The translations under genes were made by a program, and so were the position numbers. Shown here piece after piece: positions 1 through 12,609 of a stretch of DNA of 64,000 nucleotides; position 1 is the stretch's first letter; each line of letters starts with the position of its first letter. The stretch comes from Lama guanicoe (lineage: Eukaryota): the NCBI GenBank assembly GCA_013239625.1, contig MU053557.1, positions 1,495,063 through 1,559,062 on the forward strand, given 5' to 3'. The notes under the pieces are model-generated. The model worked only from the letters and a program-made list of their open reading frames with translations. It did no database searches and was not told the origin of the DNA.

Positions 1-36
<36 letters not shown>
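1..36. repeat. (AT)n microsatellite, truncated by window start
   Basis: 18 perfect AT units. Confidence 0.98.
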
Positions 37-41
<5 letters not shown>

Positions 42-264
42 TTTATGAGCATTGAGGCAAAAATGTATTCAGATACAAACCACAGGATTTGTTCTCTAAG
101 GTTAGAACTTCCAGTTGAGACTAACTGAAGTATTTTTCAGAGCATTTTGATACTCAAGGGACCACAAAATATTAGTGACACTATCAAATGTTTATTTCTA
201 AATATAGAATTAAATGACTACCCCCTTATCTGCACTATGCTCTACAATGTGTCTTGTATCCAGG

Positions 265-342
265 AGAGTATTATCAGCCCCCATAGACGGGACACTGAAA
301 TTCAGAGAGGTCAAGGGCTTGCCCAAGATGATCTACACAGTG
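265..342 (-). mobile_element. MIR SINE core fragment
   Basis: ACTGAAATTCAGAGAGGTCAAGGGCTTGCCCAAGAT resembles antisense MIR core. Confidence 0.7.
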
Positions 343-1469
343 TTATAAGGCAATGCAAGGAATCATCCACTGAGTGATGTGCATACTTCAGTTTTCATAT
401 ATGAATCTTCTGGAAATGGTTAAAGTGACAGCTTTGATCAGGTTAATCAATGTAACAGTTTTAGATATGCCTGCGAGAGGTAAATGTGAGCAACAGGATG
501 CATCTGAATTAGGTCAGCTGAAATCACAGAAAAGAACAATTGAATCGTTTAATAAGCAGTAGGTTAAACCCTATTCTAATAATTTCAGTGAAAGTACCTG
601 GAATATGAAAGGTTTATCAACCCCACTTTAATAGCATACTGGTTTCAGGAAAGAGTAAACACAACAAAATTTGAGGCTAATAAAGTGATTTGGCAAGTGC
701 TTTGAATCTTTTTGTGACATGATTTAACCTCTACATGTGTTCCTGAGAAACATCTATATAACAAATATTTATATATTTAAGTCCTATTTCCTGTTTATTT
801 TCATTATTCCTTTTGAGACATAATTCTTTAGAAAAAGAACAGCTAAGAGATCTTTTTATAAAATCACATAAATATAACAAAGTTGTAAATAATCGTGCAT
901 TAAAAAGGAAATTATACTTTCTTAAAAATGTAATAAGAATATCCCAAACAAAACACAACGTGGGAATTCAGAGTAAGAACTGAAAGGCATTTGGACTTTT
1001 TTGGTTGGTGTTGTATAATTTTTATGCTACACTGAACAAGTACGACAAAACAACAAACAGCAGAACTTCCTTTCAGTTCTAAATCAGTTTGGCAAATACA
1101 CATCGAATATTCTCTTTATTAGTAAAAATGCCAGCAGAAAACAGAATTCCTCCTGGATGACTCAAATAAAAATACTTTAATGAAATGGCTACTTATGGAG
1201 GTGTGAGCAGGGTTAAAGAGATGAAAAAGGGAATCGTGATGCTACGTAAATCTTTCTCAAATCAAAAAATAAAAAGCTCAAGTACCCAAATAGTAAGGTC
1301 CACTGTTGCTGTTTAGATGGACAGCAAAATTTTGCTTTGATATTTTGGCAGCTAAGCTTGGAGAAAGATATCATCAGTTTCATCAACTCCCTCAATATCA
1401 TCATCATCATCCTCAGAGAAATATTTACTATTCATTGAGTATCAAGAGCTGCCGTGGTGCTGAATAATT

Positions 1470-1820
1470 GTTAGAGCAATCCATCTGAATTAGTATGGAG
1501 AAGTGAAGAGAGAGAAAGGGGAGACCATAGGCCCAGAAGCAGGTAGAATCTCTACAAGGCTATAGAAACAGAGAAGTCATGACTATGTGGACCAAAGCAG
1601 TGACAGATGGATGGAAAGATGGAAAGGAAAGATGGGGCCAAGAAACAGTGGAAGGAAGATCCACTGGATGAATGATTGCAGCTGTAGGCTTGTAAGAGAA
1701 GAAAAAAAGGAGACAAACTTACTTCTGAAGTTCTAGTTCCATATGCCCAGAGGAATAATGACGTCATTAACAGCTAAGGGACGAGAGGAGGGTTGAGTGC
1801 AGGATAGAAATGGGAGTGAG
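1470..1820 (-). mobile_element. L2 LINE fragment
   Basis: Purine-rich tract with degenerate antisense L2 motifs. Confidence 0.5.
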
Positions 1821-1849
1821 GAAACAGCAAGGCACTTCTGGTCTTACCT

Positions 1850-1990
1850 CGCATAAGAACAGGGACTTAGACATGGATTCAAGTCCTAGTTCAGCCCCTC
1901 ACTAGTTATGGGAAATAAGCCAAGTATCTGAGTCTTTGTTTCCTCACCTGAAAAGCCAGGCTAATTTTTTCTGCCTTCCTCACAGAGACT
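1850..1990 (+). mobile_element. MIR SINE 5' part, apparently interrupted by L1MC
   Basis: GGATTCAAGTCCTAGTTCAGCC and GTTTCCTCACCTGAAAA; possible MIR tail resumes about 2470-2540. Confidence 0.65.
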
Positions 1991-1994
1991 TCTT

Positions 1995-2470
1995 TCGGTT
2001 GTTTTGTTTTCATTGCAATACTACTTTTCAATAGTTGTAGGTTTACAAAAAAAAAAAAAAATTCAGCAGAAAGTACATTTCACTACACCACCTCGCTCCC
2101 TCTCAGTTTCCTTTAACATCTTGTATTCTATGTTATGTCTGGTATAATAGAGAAGCCAGTATGGATACATTATTAATAACTGGAGTCCACAGTTGACACT
2201 AGGGTTCACGCTTTGTGCTTTGTTATATGTTCTGTGTATTTGGACGAACGGGTGGCATGCCTCCACCATGACAGTATCACTGATAATCGTTTCACTCCCT
2301 ACAAATCTCCTGTGCTTTTCCTCTTCATCCCTGGCTCCCAACCCCCATGACCATTGATCCTTCTGCTGTCTCCACAGCTTTGCCTTTTCAGACTATCACA
2401 CAGTTGGAGTCATCCAGTGGGTCGGTCGCCTTTTTAGATTGGTCTTTGACTCAGCAGTGTGCATTTAAGC
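1995..2470 (-). mobile_element. L1MC1/2-like LINE-1 3' end
   Basis: GTAGGTTTACAAAAA..CAGCAGAAAGTAC, GTCCACAGTTGACACTAGGGTTCACGCTTTGTG and CTTTGCCTTTTCAGA match L1MC 3' UTR antisense. Confidence 0.8.
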
Positions 2471-2679
2471 TTTAGAGAGTTTTTTTTAAAGCCCTACAGA
2501 TAGTAAGGACTAAACCAATGCTAACTGCTGTTACTCTTATCCTTAGCACTGTTGTTATTTAAAAATGCTTCATTTTTCTAGAGTTTCAAAAAGGAGACCA
2601 CGCATTTCCCTAGAGTCACCTGGGTCCTGTTTGCCAGTTTCCCCCGGTATGTCTGCTTTCTTCTCCTCCCAGCTTTTTG

Positions 2680-2850
2680 GTGACACTTATTTCACCTCTC
2701 ATTTGCTTGCTCACTCTTCTTCTCCCCTCCAAACTGACAGCTTTGTGCGAACAGGGACCATGTCTGCCTTGTCCTCTGCTCTATTCCCAGCAGGTAGCAC
2801 AGTGCCTGGCAGGTGGCAGGTGCTCCTTAAACGTCGGCAAAGTGAGTGAA
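2680..2850 (+). mobile_element. L2 3' end
   Basis: CAGGGACCATGTCTG..AGCACAGTGCCTGGCA..GTGAGTGAA terminus. Confidence 0.8.
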
Positions 2851-3784
2851 AGGTTGGCATGGCGATCTGAATCTCAGAGACAAAGAGTTGCAGTAAGACA
2901 GCTCTGGGCAATAAACTGGAGGAAGGGCTGTGATGAGACCACGCTCTCCAGGACTGGAATAATCGTGGGGGACTCGACATGGCCCCACAGCCCACACACA
3001 CAGGGGCTCAGCACACGCCAAAGGAGTCTTCATTTAAATCATTCCCTCATCTCAACCTGTAGTGTGTTAAGTTTCTACACAGCAAGACATGTCTTAAATG
3101 GGTTTAGATAATATACTGAATGTTATTCAAAGATATAAAATTTAATATCCAATTCTAACTTTTAAAGATGGCTGTTACTTCTTGAAATTCAACTCAAATC
3201 AGAGTTAACTTTACCCTGATTTTTCTTTGGATTCAAAACAAACCGGCCTACCCACGGTGCAACCTGGAATAAAATCAACACCATACTTTACCACTCTTCC
3301 TTAGTGCTTACTCCAAATATGTGGAAACAGAATTATTACAAAAAACAACTGACATTTCTCCTCTGGTCCATCTCTAAAATATTCAGATCAAGTCTTTTCA
3401 TTCCTGCACGTTTTCCTTTTTGTCCCATTTTTATTTTAAACAAATGATAATGATACTCATTGATGTCCCTCTAGCAGAAAGCAGAAAGTTTTCCTCTAAA
3501 CCAAAATGTTCCTTAACCCACTGGAGAATTCTTAAAGCTAGATACCGATATGTACTGTAATTAAGAAATAATGAGCTTTCCACCATGATTTATTTCTATA
3601 GATTTAGATTCAGTGCCAAGACGCTTCAGTTTAAATTGTTGCAGTGCCCAATAGTAAAAACTGCTGTAAATCCTCTGAGGTCAATTTTAAATAAACTTGC
3701 ATTTCAGCAAAACGAAAGAAAGCTAAATGAAGATATTCTTCTTAATTGTTACCCTCGCTTCCACCCAAAGGAAAGGAATCGGCG

Positions 3785-3855
3785 CAGGCAGGCAGGCAGG
3801 CAGGCAGAGAGAGAAAAGGTGTGGGGAAGAGAGGAGAGAAGACAGAGAGAGAATG
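3785..3855. repeat. (CAGG)n followed by GA-rich tract
   Basis: Five CAGG units then AGAG-rich sequence. Confidence 0.9.
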
Positions 3856-3882
3856 AGACATATTAATATGAAAAAGCGCTAC

Positions 3883-3985
3883 CTCGGGCTGGCTGTGAGG
3901 TCTTTCGGGGAGTTTCCCTGGCGAGGCCTGCTCCTCTGAAGTCTGAAGACGCTGCATGTCCATTCCTTAGGGTGCCAGCAGTTAA
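3883..3985 (-). other. Candidate 103-nt spliced exon of an unidentified minus-strand transcript
   Basis: Acceptor TTCATTCTTTTTCTTACTGTTCAG with upstream CTGAC branch-like motif; donor GAG/GTAGCG; unique sequence. Confidence 0.4.
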
Positions 3986-4144
3986 CTGAACAGTAAGAAA
4001 AAGAATGAATGACAAGGTCAGAGGCCTTGATTAAGATACTTCCCAGCTGCCCTGAAGGACTAACGGTGACTGCATAGGGCAGGAAAAACCCCACTGTTCA
4101 CGCAGAAGAAACTGAAATTTCACAGATTCAAGCAGCTCTTAAAT

Positions 4145-4325
4145 GGAAGTGTTAACAGCACAGGCTTCGGAATGAGACCACTTACTAGCTGTGTGAACTT
4201 GGGCAGCTCACTTAGTCTCTCTGAGCCTCATTTTCTTCAGCTGTCAAATGTGGCTGCCAATGGCTCCTTTCATGGGACTGTTAATATCAGGGTAAAAATT
4301 AAAAAGCACAGTGGTACTAAATGCA
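4145..4325 (+). mobile_element. MIR SINE
   Basis: CCACTTACTAGCTGTGTGAACTTGGGCAG..TCTCTGAGCCTCATTTTCTTCA. Confidence 0.9.
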
Positions 4326-4764
4326 TTTCCACTTTTTTTTTTTTTAAATCATGCTGGCCTCAGCTAATCTTCAAAGAAGCCTCTGGAGAGAATTACAGAT
4401 GTCACAGAACCAACCATTGGCTTAATGTGGGACACCATGAACCTGGGCAGGTCACCAGCAGTTATGGGAACCTGGAACGGGGGAGGGAGCATTTTACTTA
4501 GAATGCCCAAAATTGAGATGAAAAGACCAGAGAGTTATAAATCTGGTCAGTGAGAGGATTAATATAATTCTCTCTTATCCTAATTAATGTCAAATATACT
4601 TTTTCAATCATCCCATAATGAGAAAATCAGAGGAGACATAAAAATAAACTTAGATCTTTCTCACTAACCCCCACCCTCAACAAAAATGAAATAGAGTATG
4701 TAGCTTTTGAAAGTCCAGAGAAGTTTTGGGTTTGGGGGAAACTTTTAACATCATACTCACGGTT

Positions 4765-4985
4765 TTGTTTACTTAATAATTCTTATCAAGTTCTGGGGAT
4801 ATGATAGTGAATAAAAAAGACACAGTCTTTGCTTCATGGATCTTAAGAGTCAAATGGGACAAAGAGTTGTACATATATGGTCATATAAATAGAAATTAAA
4901 TACAGTAATGACTTGAGGGGAAAGTGTGATGTTTTAAAGGGTACTCTGATTTCAATTGAGAAGGTCTCTGAGGAAAGGCAATTAG
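4765..4985 (-). mobile_element. L2 3' fragment
   Basis: GTTCTGGGGATATGATAGTGAATAAAAAAGACACAGTCTTTGCTTCATGGA. Confidence 0.7.
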
Positions 4986-4997
4986 ATACCCTCCCTC

Positions 4998-5510
4998 CTT
5001 AGCACAGGCTTTCCCAGAACCGACTCTGCAATTAAGCTGATATATGAGTAGTTTATTTAAGGAACAAACACAAGAGATAGGGAGCAAGAACGCCAACATA
5101 AGGCTGTGTTACCAGATGTCTCTACTCTGGGAGACAACTGAGCGCTTGATCCCACTGCACAGCAGAGAAATCTTATGAAATGCCTGTCTGCACCCTCTGC
5201 CTGAGAGAAGAAAAGAAAAAAGCATTTGTCTGTGGACATCTGTCCCACCTTAGTCACAGGTTGCTCCATGGGGTGCTTTGGACCAAATTTTCGGTAGCAC
5301 ATGCATGAGTGCCTAATACTGAGAGCCAGCCAGGTCTGCCAGTTCCTGCAGCTGAGTAGCCCCTGGGCAATGCAGGAGATGGAGGGTATGTGCCCCAGCA
5401 ACACCCTGTGATTTGCTCCTGCACCAAGCTCGTCCCCCAGATGGGCTGCAGTTAGAGGAAAGATCAGGAAGGTCTGATGCGGAGCACTGATGCATGTCCT
5501 GCCTCTCAGC
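4998..5510 (-). mobile_element. ERVL solo LTR, LTR16-class
   Basis: TTCCCAGAACCGACTCTG..GTAGTTTATT..CAACTGAGCGCTTGATCCCACTG is the antisense of an LTR16-type 3' end. Confidence 0.65.
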
Positions 5511-6255
5511 CATACTGCATTCTACCCCAGATTCATCTTTCAGAAAGCTTTTATCATGGCATTCCAACCACTAAAAACTTCCTAGTAGCTACCAATTATC
5601 TGCCCAAAAAAGCCCCATCTTTTCAATATCACAGTCAACTCCTCCCCACTATTTTTACACAACTCTCTCCCGTGAACCACACATGAACCTCACTGAATCT
5701 TTCATACCAGTGTCGTACTCAGGAAATACTTGTGAACTACGTATGTACAGTAATATATATGCTGCATTCATCAGTACACAGACAATATGTAGTATATCCA
5801 ACATGACCACAGCCATTCTTTACTTCATCCAAAGAAATATTTTAAAGAACTGAAGTGTACATGCTACTGAGGATCTGCGCCCTGCTTGCAGTCACGTCTG
5901 AGTGAAAATGCTCTGGGCATCGCTGCTATGGCCTTGTCAGCCATATTGTGCACCATGTAACCCAAGGCAAAGATATACAAGAGACAGAGGAATAGAGGGC
6001 TCTTTTTTCCCCCCCAACACATTTACTTCTTTTATTTACAGTCTATGGTCAACATAAATCAATTCTATAAAATGAGAAATTATGAAGAATCAAAGCATAA
6101 CCATGCAAATTCAAAACAGATATTCAACAAAAGAAACACAAGCATAAAAGCAGGTTCACTCATGCACACACAGCAGCAGGAGATGCAGCAGAGAGAGAGG
6201 TCTGAGCATGTAGGGAGTCACTGGCATATAGCTGGGGCCTGGGGAGAAATGGAAA

Positions 6256-6290
6256 TGGAGGAGGAGGACAAGGAGGAGGAAGAAGCTGAG
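6256..6290. repeat. (GGA)n-like low-complexity tract
   Basis: GGAGGAGGAGGACAAGGAGGAGGAAGAAG. Confidence 0.8.
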
Positions 6291-8134
6291 TAACATCATT
6301 ATTTGGAAGGCGGCTAGAGTCACAGGAGTCCACGAAGAAAATCACGACTGAGATGTCTCGTGAAGTATTTAACTGTATCCAACCACAAAGAAATAGTCTG
6401 GTAAATTACAGTAAAATATTAAATGGCCACTAACAATGACATTTCAACAAAATCTTCCTGACATGGGGAGTATGCCGGATATAAGAGTAAACGAAAAAGG
6501 AAAAACCCTGTATTTCCTTCCATTCTTCCTCTCAACTCTTGTACATGTGTGTGGCAGAGTAAGTGGGATGGAGGGAGCCTGTCGGCAACATAGAAAAACA
6601 AGACTGAAATGTTTATGTTGTTTTCTTTGCTTAAATGTATTTTCCAAGTTTTGTGCAATAAACATGTTTTCTCTTGTAGTTAAAAAACTCACTTAAAATT
6701 GTAATTGTAAAACATACTTAATATATTTGAGAAGCCAGCTCTGTGTTAATAGGGGAAGAGAACCTGGGAGTCAGGAATATCACTGCTCTGAGTTTATTGT
6801 TGGCCGTTTTCATGAAATCAGAGAAACTGATCTGCTCTCTGGCATTCTCTTCTCATCTTAAACCCTAGGGAGCCAAGACCCTTGGAGCAATAATCAGATG
6901 CCAACAGCTAAATTTAAGAAGGAAATGTCTCAGGGACCACAAAGAAAACTTTCAGTGCCTGCTTATTAGTTTAGACCATCACGGGATTCAGTCATATAAG
7001 CCTGACAAGTATCATGCTGATGTTTGTTCAGATTCAGGAGTCCTTTTCTCCTACTGCTGTCAGCGTATTTCCTGCATATTAATAAGCATCGCCACATTTC
7101 ATATAAGATAGACTATGAGCCTCATCTGGAAACAAATTACAGAGCCACAAATTAGTGATTTGCTGAAGAAGAGAGAAATTGAGAATTCTTCTTAGAGGCT
7201 TTTGCACCAAGCGCCAAAGAGATGAAGCTGATTAAGGTTAACATGCCCCCTGTCCAACTCACGAGTTCTTATTAGTCAACAAGCACTCTGCTGTCATCTC
7301 TCTCATGCTTCATTAAGTTCTAAACCTTTACATCCGGCCGTTACTATTAGTTGATAAGATTCAGTAGTATTTGGGCTGTCTGAGCCTTATACTTAATTTT
7401 AAATATTGTGAATATATGAATGCTCTTCTGTAATTAGCTTCCAGAATCCTGAGGTTTGGACAGTAGGATGTTACATTCCTAAAGTCTATTTTCCTCTTTT
7501 AATGGTGAAGGTCAAAATCCTGTTTTTTTTTTTCCTTTCTAGAGTTTTGTCCATTTCAGGTGGAGGAATTATATTTTTTTTCTTCTCTACATAAATCTAG
7601 GAACATTGCAACTGTTGCCAGGAGAAATAAATTACAGTGTTAAGCTGCAAATCTGTAGGTTTAAAGGTTCACCTTCCTTCAACATTATTTTAAAGGAAAA
7701 ATACTATACTTCAGCCAGCAGAGAAGGCAGGTTCTTGAGTCTGCTTTCCATTAGCAAGTTCAGTTCTCTGTTTTAGAATGCCTAAAGGAACCTTATAATT
7801 CTTTACAGAAAGGAAGTATAATTTAAAATCTTTGGGCACTGGCCTCAATGGGTTGCAAGGTGATTAAAGCTGGGGTGCCATTCCTTCTCAACACCATTTC
7901 CACTGTTCTGTCTCTGTCTCTTCCATGCATGGCCAACTACAGTGTGCATCCAATCATGCTGTAAATATTTAATTGGAAGTCCAGAACCCTTATGTGTTTT
8001 TTATAGATCTAAAATTTTTCAATTGTTTTGCCTCTGTAAAATGCAGTTTGAAAAGGTAATGTTGTATTAGATTTTGTGTTCTTTCCAGAGAAACCACTAC
8101 TCTTTTGGATTACAGTTATCAAGGCCGAAATGTA

Positions 8135-8263
8135 TAGATCTTCCTTGGCTTACAATGGGGTTACTTTCCAATAAACCCATTGTAAGTTGAAAATATTGCA
8201 AGGCAAAAATGCATTTAATACCACTAGCCTATGAAGCATCATGGCTTAGCCTGATCTACCTTA
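8135..8263 (+). mobile_element. MER47/Tigger5-type DNA transposon 5' fragment
   Basis: CTTACAATGGGGTTAC..ATAAACCCATTGTAAGTTGAAAATATTG..AAAATGCATTTAATA. Confidence 0.85.
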
Positions 8264-8910
8264 AAATTAAAAGACTGGTATTGCTAATTGTTGACAAGCA
8301 ACCCCAAATCTCATATAGTATTGGTAGGAGTTGGTAAAATGATATGACTTCTTTAAGAAGTCCTCAGCAGTTTCTTTAAAAAGTGAACATGTATCTATAT
8401 TGTGAACAACAATGAATTCCTTAGTATTTATCCAAGAGGACTGACAACATCAGCCCCTAAAATATATTTTACAATTATAATCATTGAAACTGGAAACACT
8501 CAAGTGTCCATCAATAAGAAAATGAGTAAGTAAACTGTACCATATTCATACAATGGAATTATACTAAGGAATCAGAAAGAACATATTCTTATAAGCACAA
8601 CAAGGTGGATAAATCTCAAAAACATGCTGAGTGAAAGAAGGCAGGTATAGAAGAGTATGTAATAGAACCTGATTTATATGAAGTTCTAGGATAAGCAAAA
8701 CAAATGTATGCTTCTTGAATTCAGAATAGTAGTTTTTAGCTATTATGATTAAAGCTTCTGTGAAACTTTTCTGATAAATTTTTTTTTAGGGGCAATTGTC
8801 AAAAGAGGGATACTAACGAACTTTCTGGGATGATGGTAATGATCTATTTCTTGATAGGCATGGGTGTTACACAGAACTATACAACTAATATCTTTGCAAA
8901 ATCATGATTG
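8264..8910 (+). mobile_element. Old L1 (L1ME-like) ORF2 end and 3' UTR
   Basis: AAGTGTCCATCAATA, CATATTCATACAATGGAAT, GGATAAATCTCAAAAACATGCTGAGTGAAAGAAG. Confidence 0.85.
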
Positions 8911-9744
8911 TAAGTTCCTACTTCTAAAATTGTCCCTAAGGCCTTATCTACATCTACCCTCATTAAAATTTGGTCACAAAAGCTAACACAGTCCTGTTTT
9001 ATGCATAAATTAGTTCCAGTTGGGTTTCTGTCATTCCCAAATGAAGAGATGTGTGCCAAAGGCAGGAGAAACATTACATCTTTCTTCCATTATTTTGGCC
9101 CCTCCTAATTCGGGGGAACAAATATGATTTGCTCTTCCTCTGCTATGTTCCTTTTTGATTATTGGCTTCTCCTTTCAACCAGTCAAAGCCAGAAACCTGG
9201 CCATTTCTCGCATTCACCAACATCCGATCCATCTCCAAGACTTAGGGACACTACTTCCTAAATATCTCACTACATCATCCAGTTTCATCAATTTTGAGAC
9301 TGTCTGAAGTATCCTATTGATTATTTGGAGAGACTGTTACCGTGCAAGCAGCGAAGTCTGTTGCATATTCAGTGAACTCCCTGTGAATTAATTCCCTGAT
9401 CACGTTAAGTTTCTCTGTTGTCTCTTTGCCCTGTGGATTCTCCAGCCATTTGGTGTGGAGGTCCTGGAATCTGGAATAATAAGATGGGACAGGGAGGGCA
9501 TTTTCTATTTCTAGAACCATCAAATGACCTACCTTCTTACTGCCCTATGTTCATTTATTACTTTGACTTACTGAGAACACACAATCTTTACCTCTGGGCA
9601 CAAAAACATAACTGCAATAATTAAATTTTATTATACTGAGAAGATTAACATTTCATTCCTTAGCTGGAAGATAAGACAAAAGTCAAGGGACTTGATCAGG
9701 CAGAGAAACCAGCCTCCAAGATTTGTACAACCTGCACAAAGATA

Positions 9745-10610
9745 AATTCAGCAGATAGTACTGTATGGTAAGGACTGTGCTAATGCTACCAAAATTTAAG
9801 CAGAAATAGTCTTTGGTCTTGGGGTCACTTAAGGAACACAATCAAATAATAACTCACTATAATGTGGTGTGCTGCATGCATAGACAGTTAATAGCTGTTT
9901 GTACAACACACAGCTCTGCATTGATACACTGGGTAATGTAACATAGCATGGGCTCTGGAAACAGATTACTTTGGTTTAAATCCCCTATGAAATAAATGGT
10001 GGGAACTTGGATATGTTATTTAAGTTTCCCATCTGTCTAAAGGGTTGTTGAGAGAATCAAATTATATATAACATATTTGAACGAGTAACTAAGCAGTTGT
10101 ACATACTCTATAAATTTTGGATAGGGAGGGAGAGAGGGTGAGAAGCCGGCAGGTAGGTAGACTGATAATTTTTCTAAGAAAATGTTAAATTTTTTATAAT
10201 AATATGTACATAAATTTTAATTTTCTATAGATGTTCCTCTTACTCTTTATGAGATAAGGATCTGTGAAGGTCTCACAGAGGAGAAGTGTCTAAATAGGGT
10301 TCTGAAGTATGAACCAGAGTTGGCCAGGTGGAGAGGAGGGAAGAAGACAGGGGCAGGGGAGCCAGCACCTTCTGGAAAGTTCTGAGAATGCCAATGTTGC
10401 ATGGGCACAGAGTGCATGGGCGAACGAGTAGCAGGAGGTGATGCCAGAGAGGTGGACCAAAGTTACTCATGAGATCCCGGAGGAACTTGTTTCCTCCACG
10501 CTGAAATGTGTACACATTACTCTACATCATCCTAAAGGGCAGGGGGAGCCACTGAAGCAATTTCAAGTTTGGGCCCATAATTGTATTTTAGAAAAATCAC
10601 TCTGATTGGG
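9745..10610 (-). mobile_element. L2 fragments (about 9745-9900 and 10265-10610) flanking a MIR
   Basis: GGGGAGCCACTGAAG..TTTTAGAAAAATCACTCTG and other antisense L2 motifs. Confidence 0.6.
9925..10120 (+). mobile_element. MIR SINE
   Basis: AGCATGGGCTCTGGAAACAGA..AGTTTCCCATCTGT..GGGTTGTTGAGAGAATCAAAT. Confidence 0.8.
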
Positions 10611-11194
10611 AGAGGCCCGAAGAAACATTAGCAAGGACACTCAAATTATTGTTTCTGGAATTACTGTTAAGAAGCGGCCAATATTACTAAGGAAGAGATT
10701 CCTTGGTCTTTCAGATGTTCCTTTCTATGCTCCTTGTTCACCAGACTGGAAGCAGATGCTTCCCTGTATTCTCCTCTTCTAGTCTGAAGCCCTCTCAGTC
10801 CTCCAGCCGCCCTGCTCTCTACCACCTACCCCAAGTTCTGAAGAAAATCTAATGCAACCAAATGACCAACTGTCTGAACTGAAAGTTGAGGAGGAAGAAA
10901 GGGAGCCCTCTGGATGGTGGTGTTGGGGGTGTGGGGCTCAGGTACTTCAGGGAAGAAAAGAAGAGTGCAGGTCCCAGATAGGAAAACTGGATGTGACTAC
11001 TAAGTCATTCTGGATACATGTGTGTGATTGACAGTCACAGAAGAAATAGCCTATGCTTTTGCCTCTCCAAATATTACAGGCAGAGCAAATAGATTATTGG
11101 TTATAAACACTTATATTTAATGTCATTGTAACCAATATCCTGAAGAAAAATATCATGCATATTTTGGGAATTCTTATGGAACCTATTGTGTCCT

Positions 11195-11530
11195 GAAGAA
11201 TTCAGGGAGGGCTTCCTCCGGAAGGTGGCAGTGAAATGAGCCCTAAACGCTAAAATCATCAGGAAAAGAACACAGAAAATTTATAACAGGCCGAAGCTGC
11301 AGCATGTACAAAGGCACTGAGGTTGGAAGGAGCTTGATGTTCAAGGACAAGAAGACTAGAGTGATACAGCATGGTGAGCAAGAGGGACAATGGCACACAA
11401 TGAGGATGAGGGGGTAAGGGCTTACAGGATGTGAAGCCACAGGATTGCAATAAACATGTACACTTAAAATAGACCAAAGGATGCAAGCATTTGGATATTT
11501 TATAAGAATATAAGATCAAACGAATCACCT
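11195..11530 (-). mobile_element. L2 fragment
   Basis: TCAGGGAGGGCTTCCTCCGGAAGGTGGCA..CAGCATGTACAAAGGCACTGAGG. Confidence 0.8.
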
Positions 11531-12214
11531 CCTATTTCTGACCACCCTTCCTGGAAAACCTTACTTAGTACATCAGGAAAAGTACAATTAGTGTTTGTTT
11601 CTGTGAATATCAAAGGTTAAAGATATAATAATAGAAGAATGGGTAAGAGCCCATCCTTCTCCACAGCTCTGTTTCTAAGCTGTGACTTTATTTGCATTGC
11701 TAAAAACTTTTCTTTATACTAGGTGGAGAGATTAACAAGCAGTGCTGCAGAAATATGAGAGTCATTACTGCTGATTAAATGATAATTTTCTAGAGTGACA
11801 TTATGCATCAGAAAAGAAAATAATGAGCTCTCTTGAATTTATAGACCCCACGGCAGCTGGGAGAAATTCTCTCATTTGCTCATCAACAGTTTTCATGCCA
11901 AGTATTCGAAGGGATTATACGGCTGTTTGAGATAGGCACAGACTTAGAGGTTAAAAAGTGGGCACCTTGGCACAAAGGCTTACATCATTTTAATCAGGCT
12001 GCTGGAAGTAATAAATAACACTAGTAAAGATGATGAAAAGCATTTGCATATATATTCTAGCCTATCAATTACTTTGAGTAAAGAAGAAAGAAAAAGAAGA
12101 CAGATCATGGTAGCTAGAATGTAATACAGAGGAAATCTTAGCTTGACACATGGAAAGCAATGGAAATCAGAGTCGAAGAAGGCCAGTTGGAGGTGGTGTC
12201 AGTCAATTACCTAA

Positions 12215-12605
12215 TGTGTTCATTGACGGAGCCGCCATAACAATACACCACAGACTGACTGACTTAAAGAACAGAAACTTATTTTGAAAGCTAGAAATCC
12301 AAGATGCAGATATCAACAGGTTTACTTTCTTCAGAGCCCTCTCTCCTTGAAGTCTCCTTGACTTGCAGGTGGCTGCCTTCTTGCTCTGTGCTCACAGAGA
12401 TGCACCTTGGTCTGTGCTTCATTGTGTATCCAAATTTCCTCTTCTCATAAGGACACCAGTCCTATTGGATCATACCCATATGACCTCATTTCACCTTAAT
12501 TACCTCTTTAAGGCCCTATTTCTGAATACAGTCACATTCCGATGCACTAAAATGTAGGACTTCAACATGTGAAATTGTAGGAGGGACACAACTGTGCCCA
12601 TAAGA
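12215..12605 (-). mobile_element. MLT1A-like MaLR solo LTR
   Basis: GCCATAACAATACACCACAGACTG..ATAAGGACACCAGTC..TGACCTCATTTCACCTTAATTACCTCTTTAAGGCCCTATTTC. Confidence 0.9.
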
Positions 12606-12609
12606 TGCC

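Noticed and set aside
6045..6293. ORF with acidic C-terminus
   Set aside because: Comes from a GGA low-complexity tract; no splice or homology support
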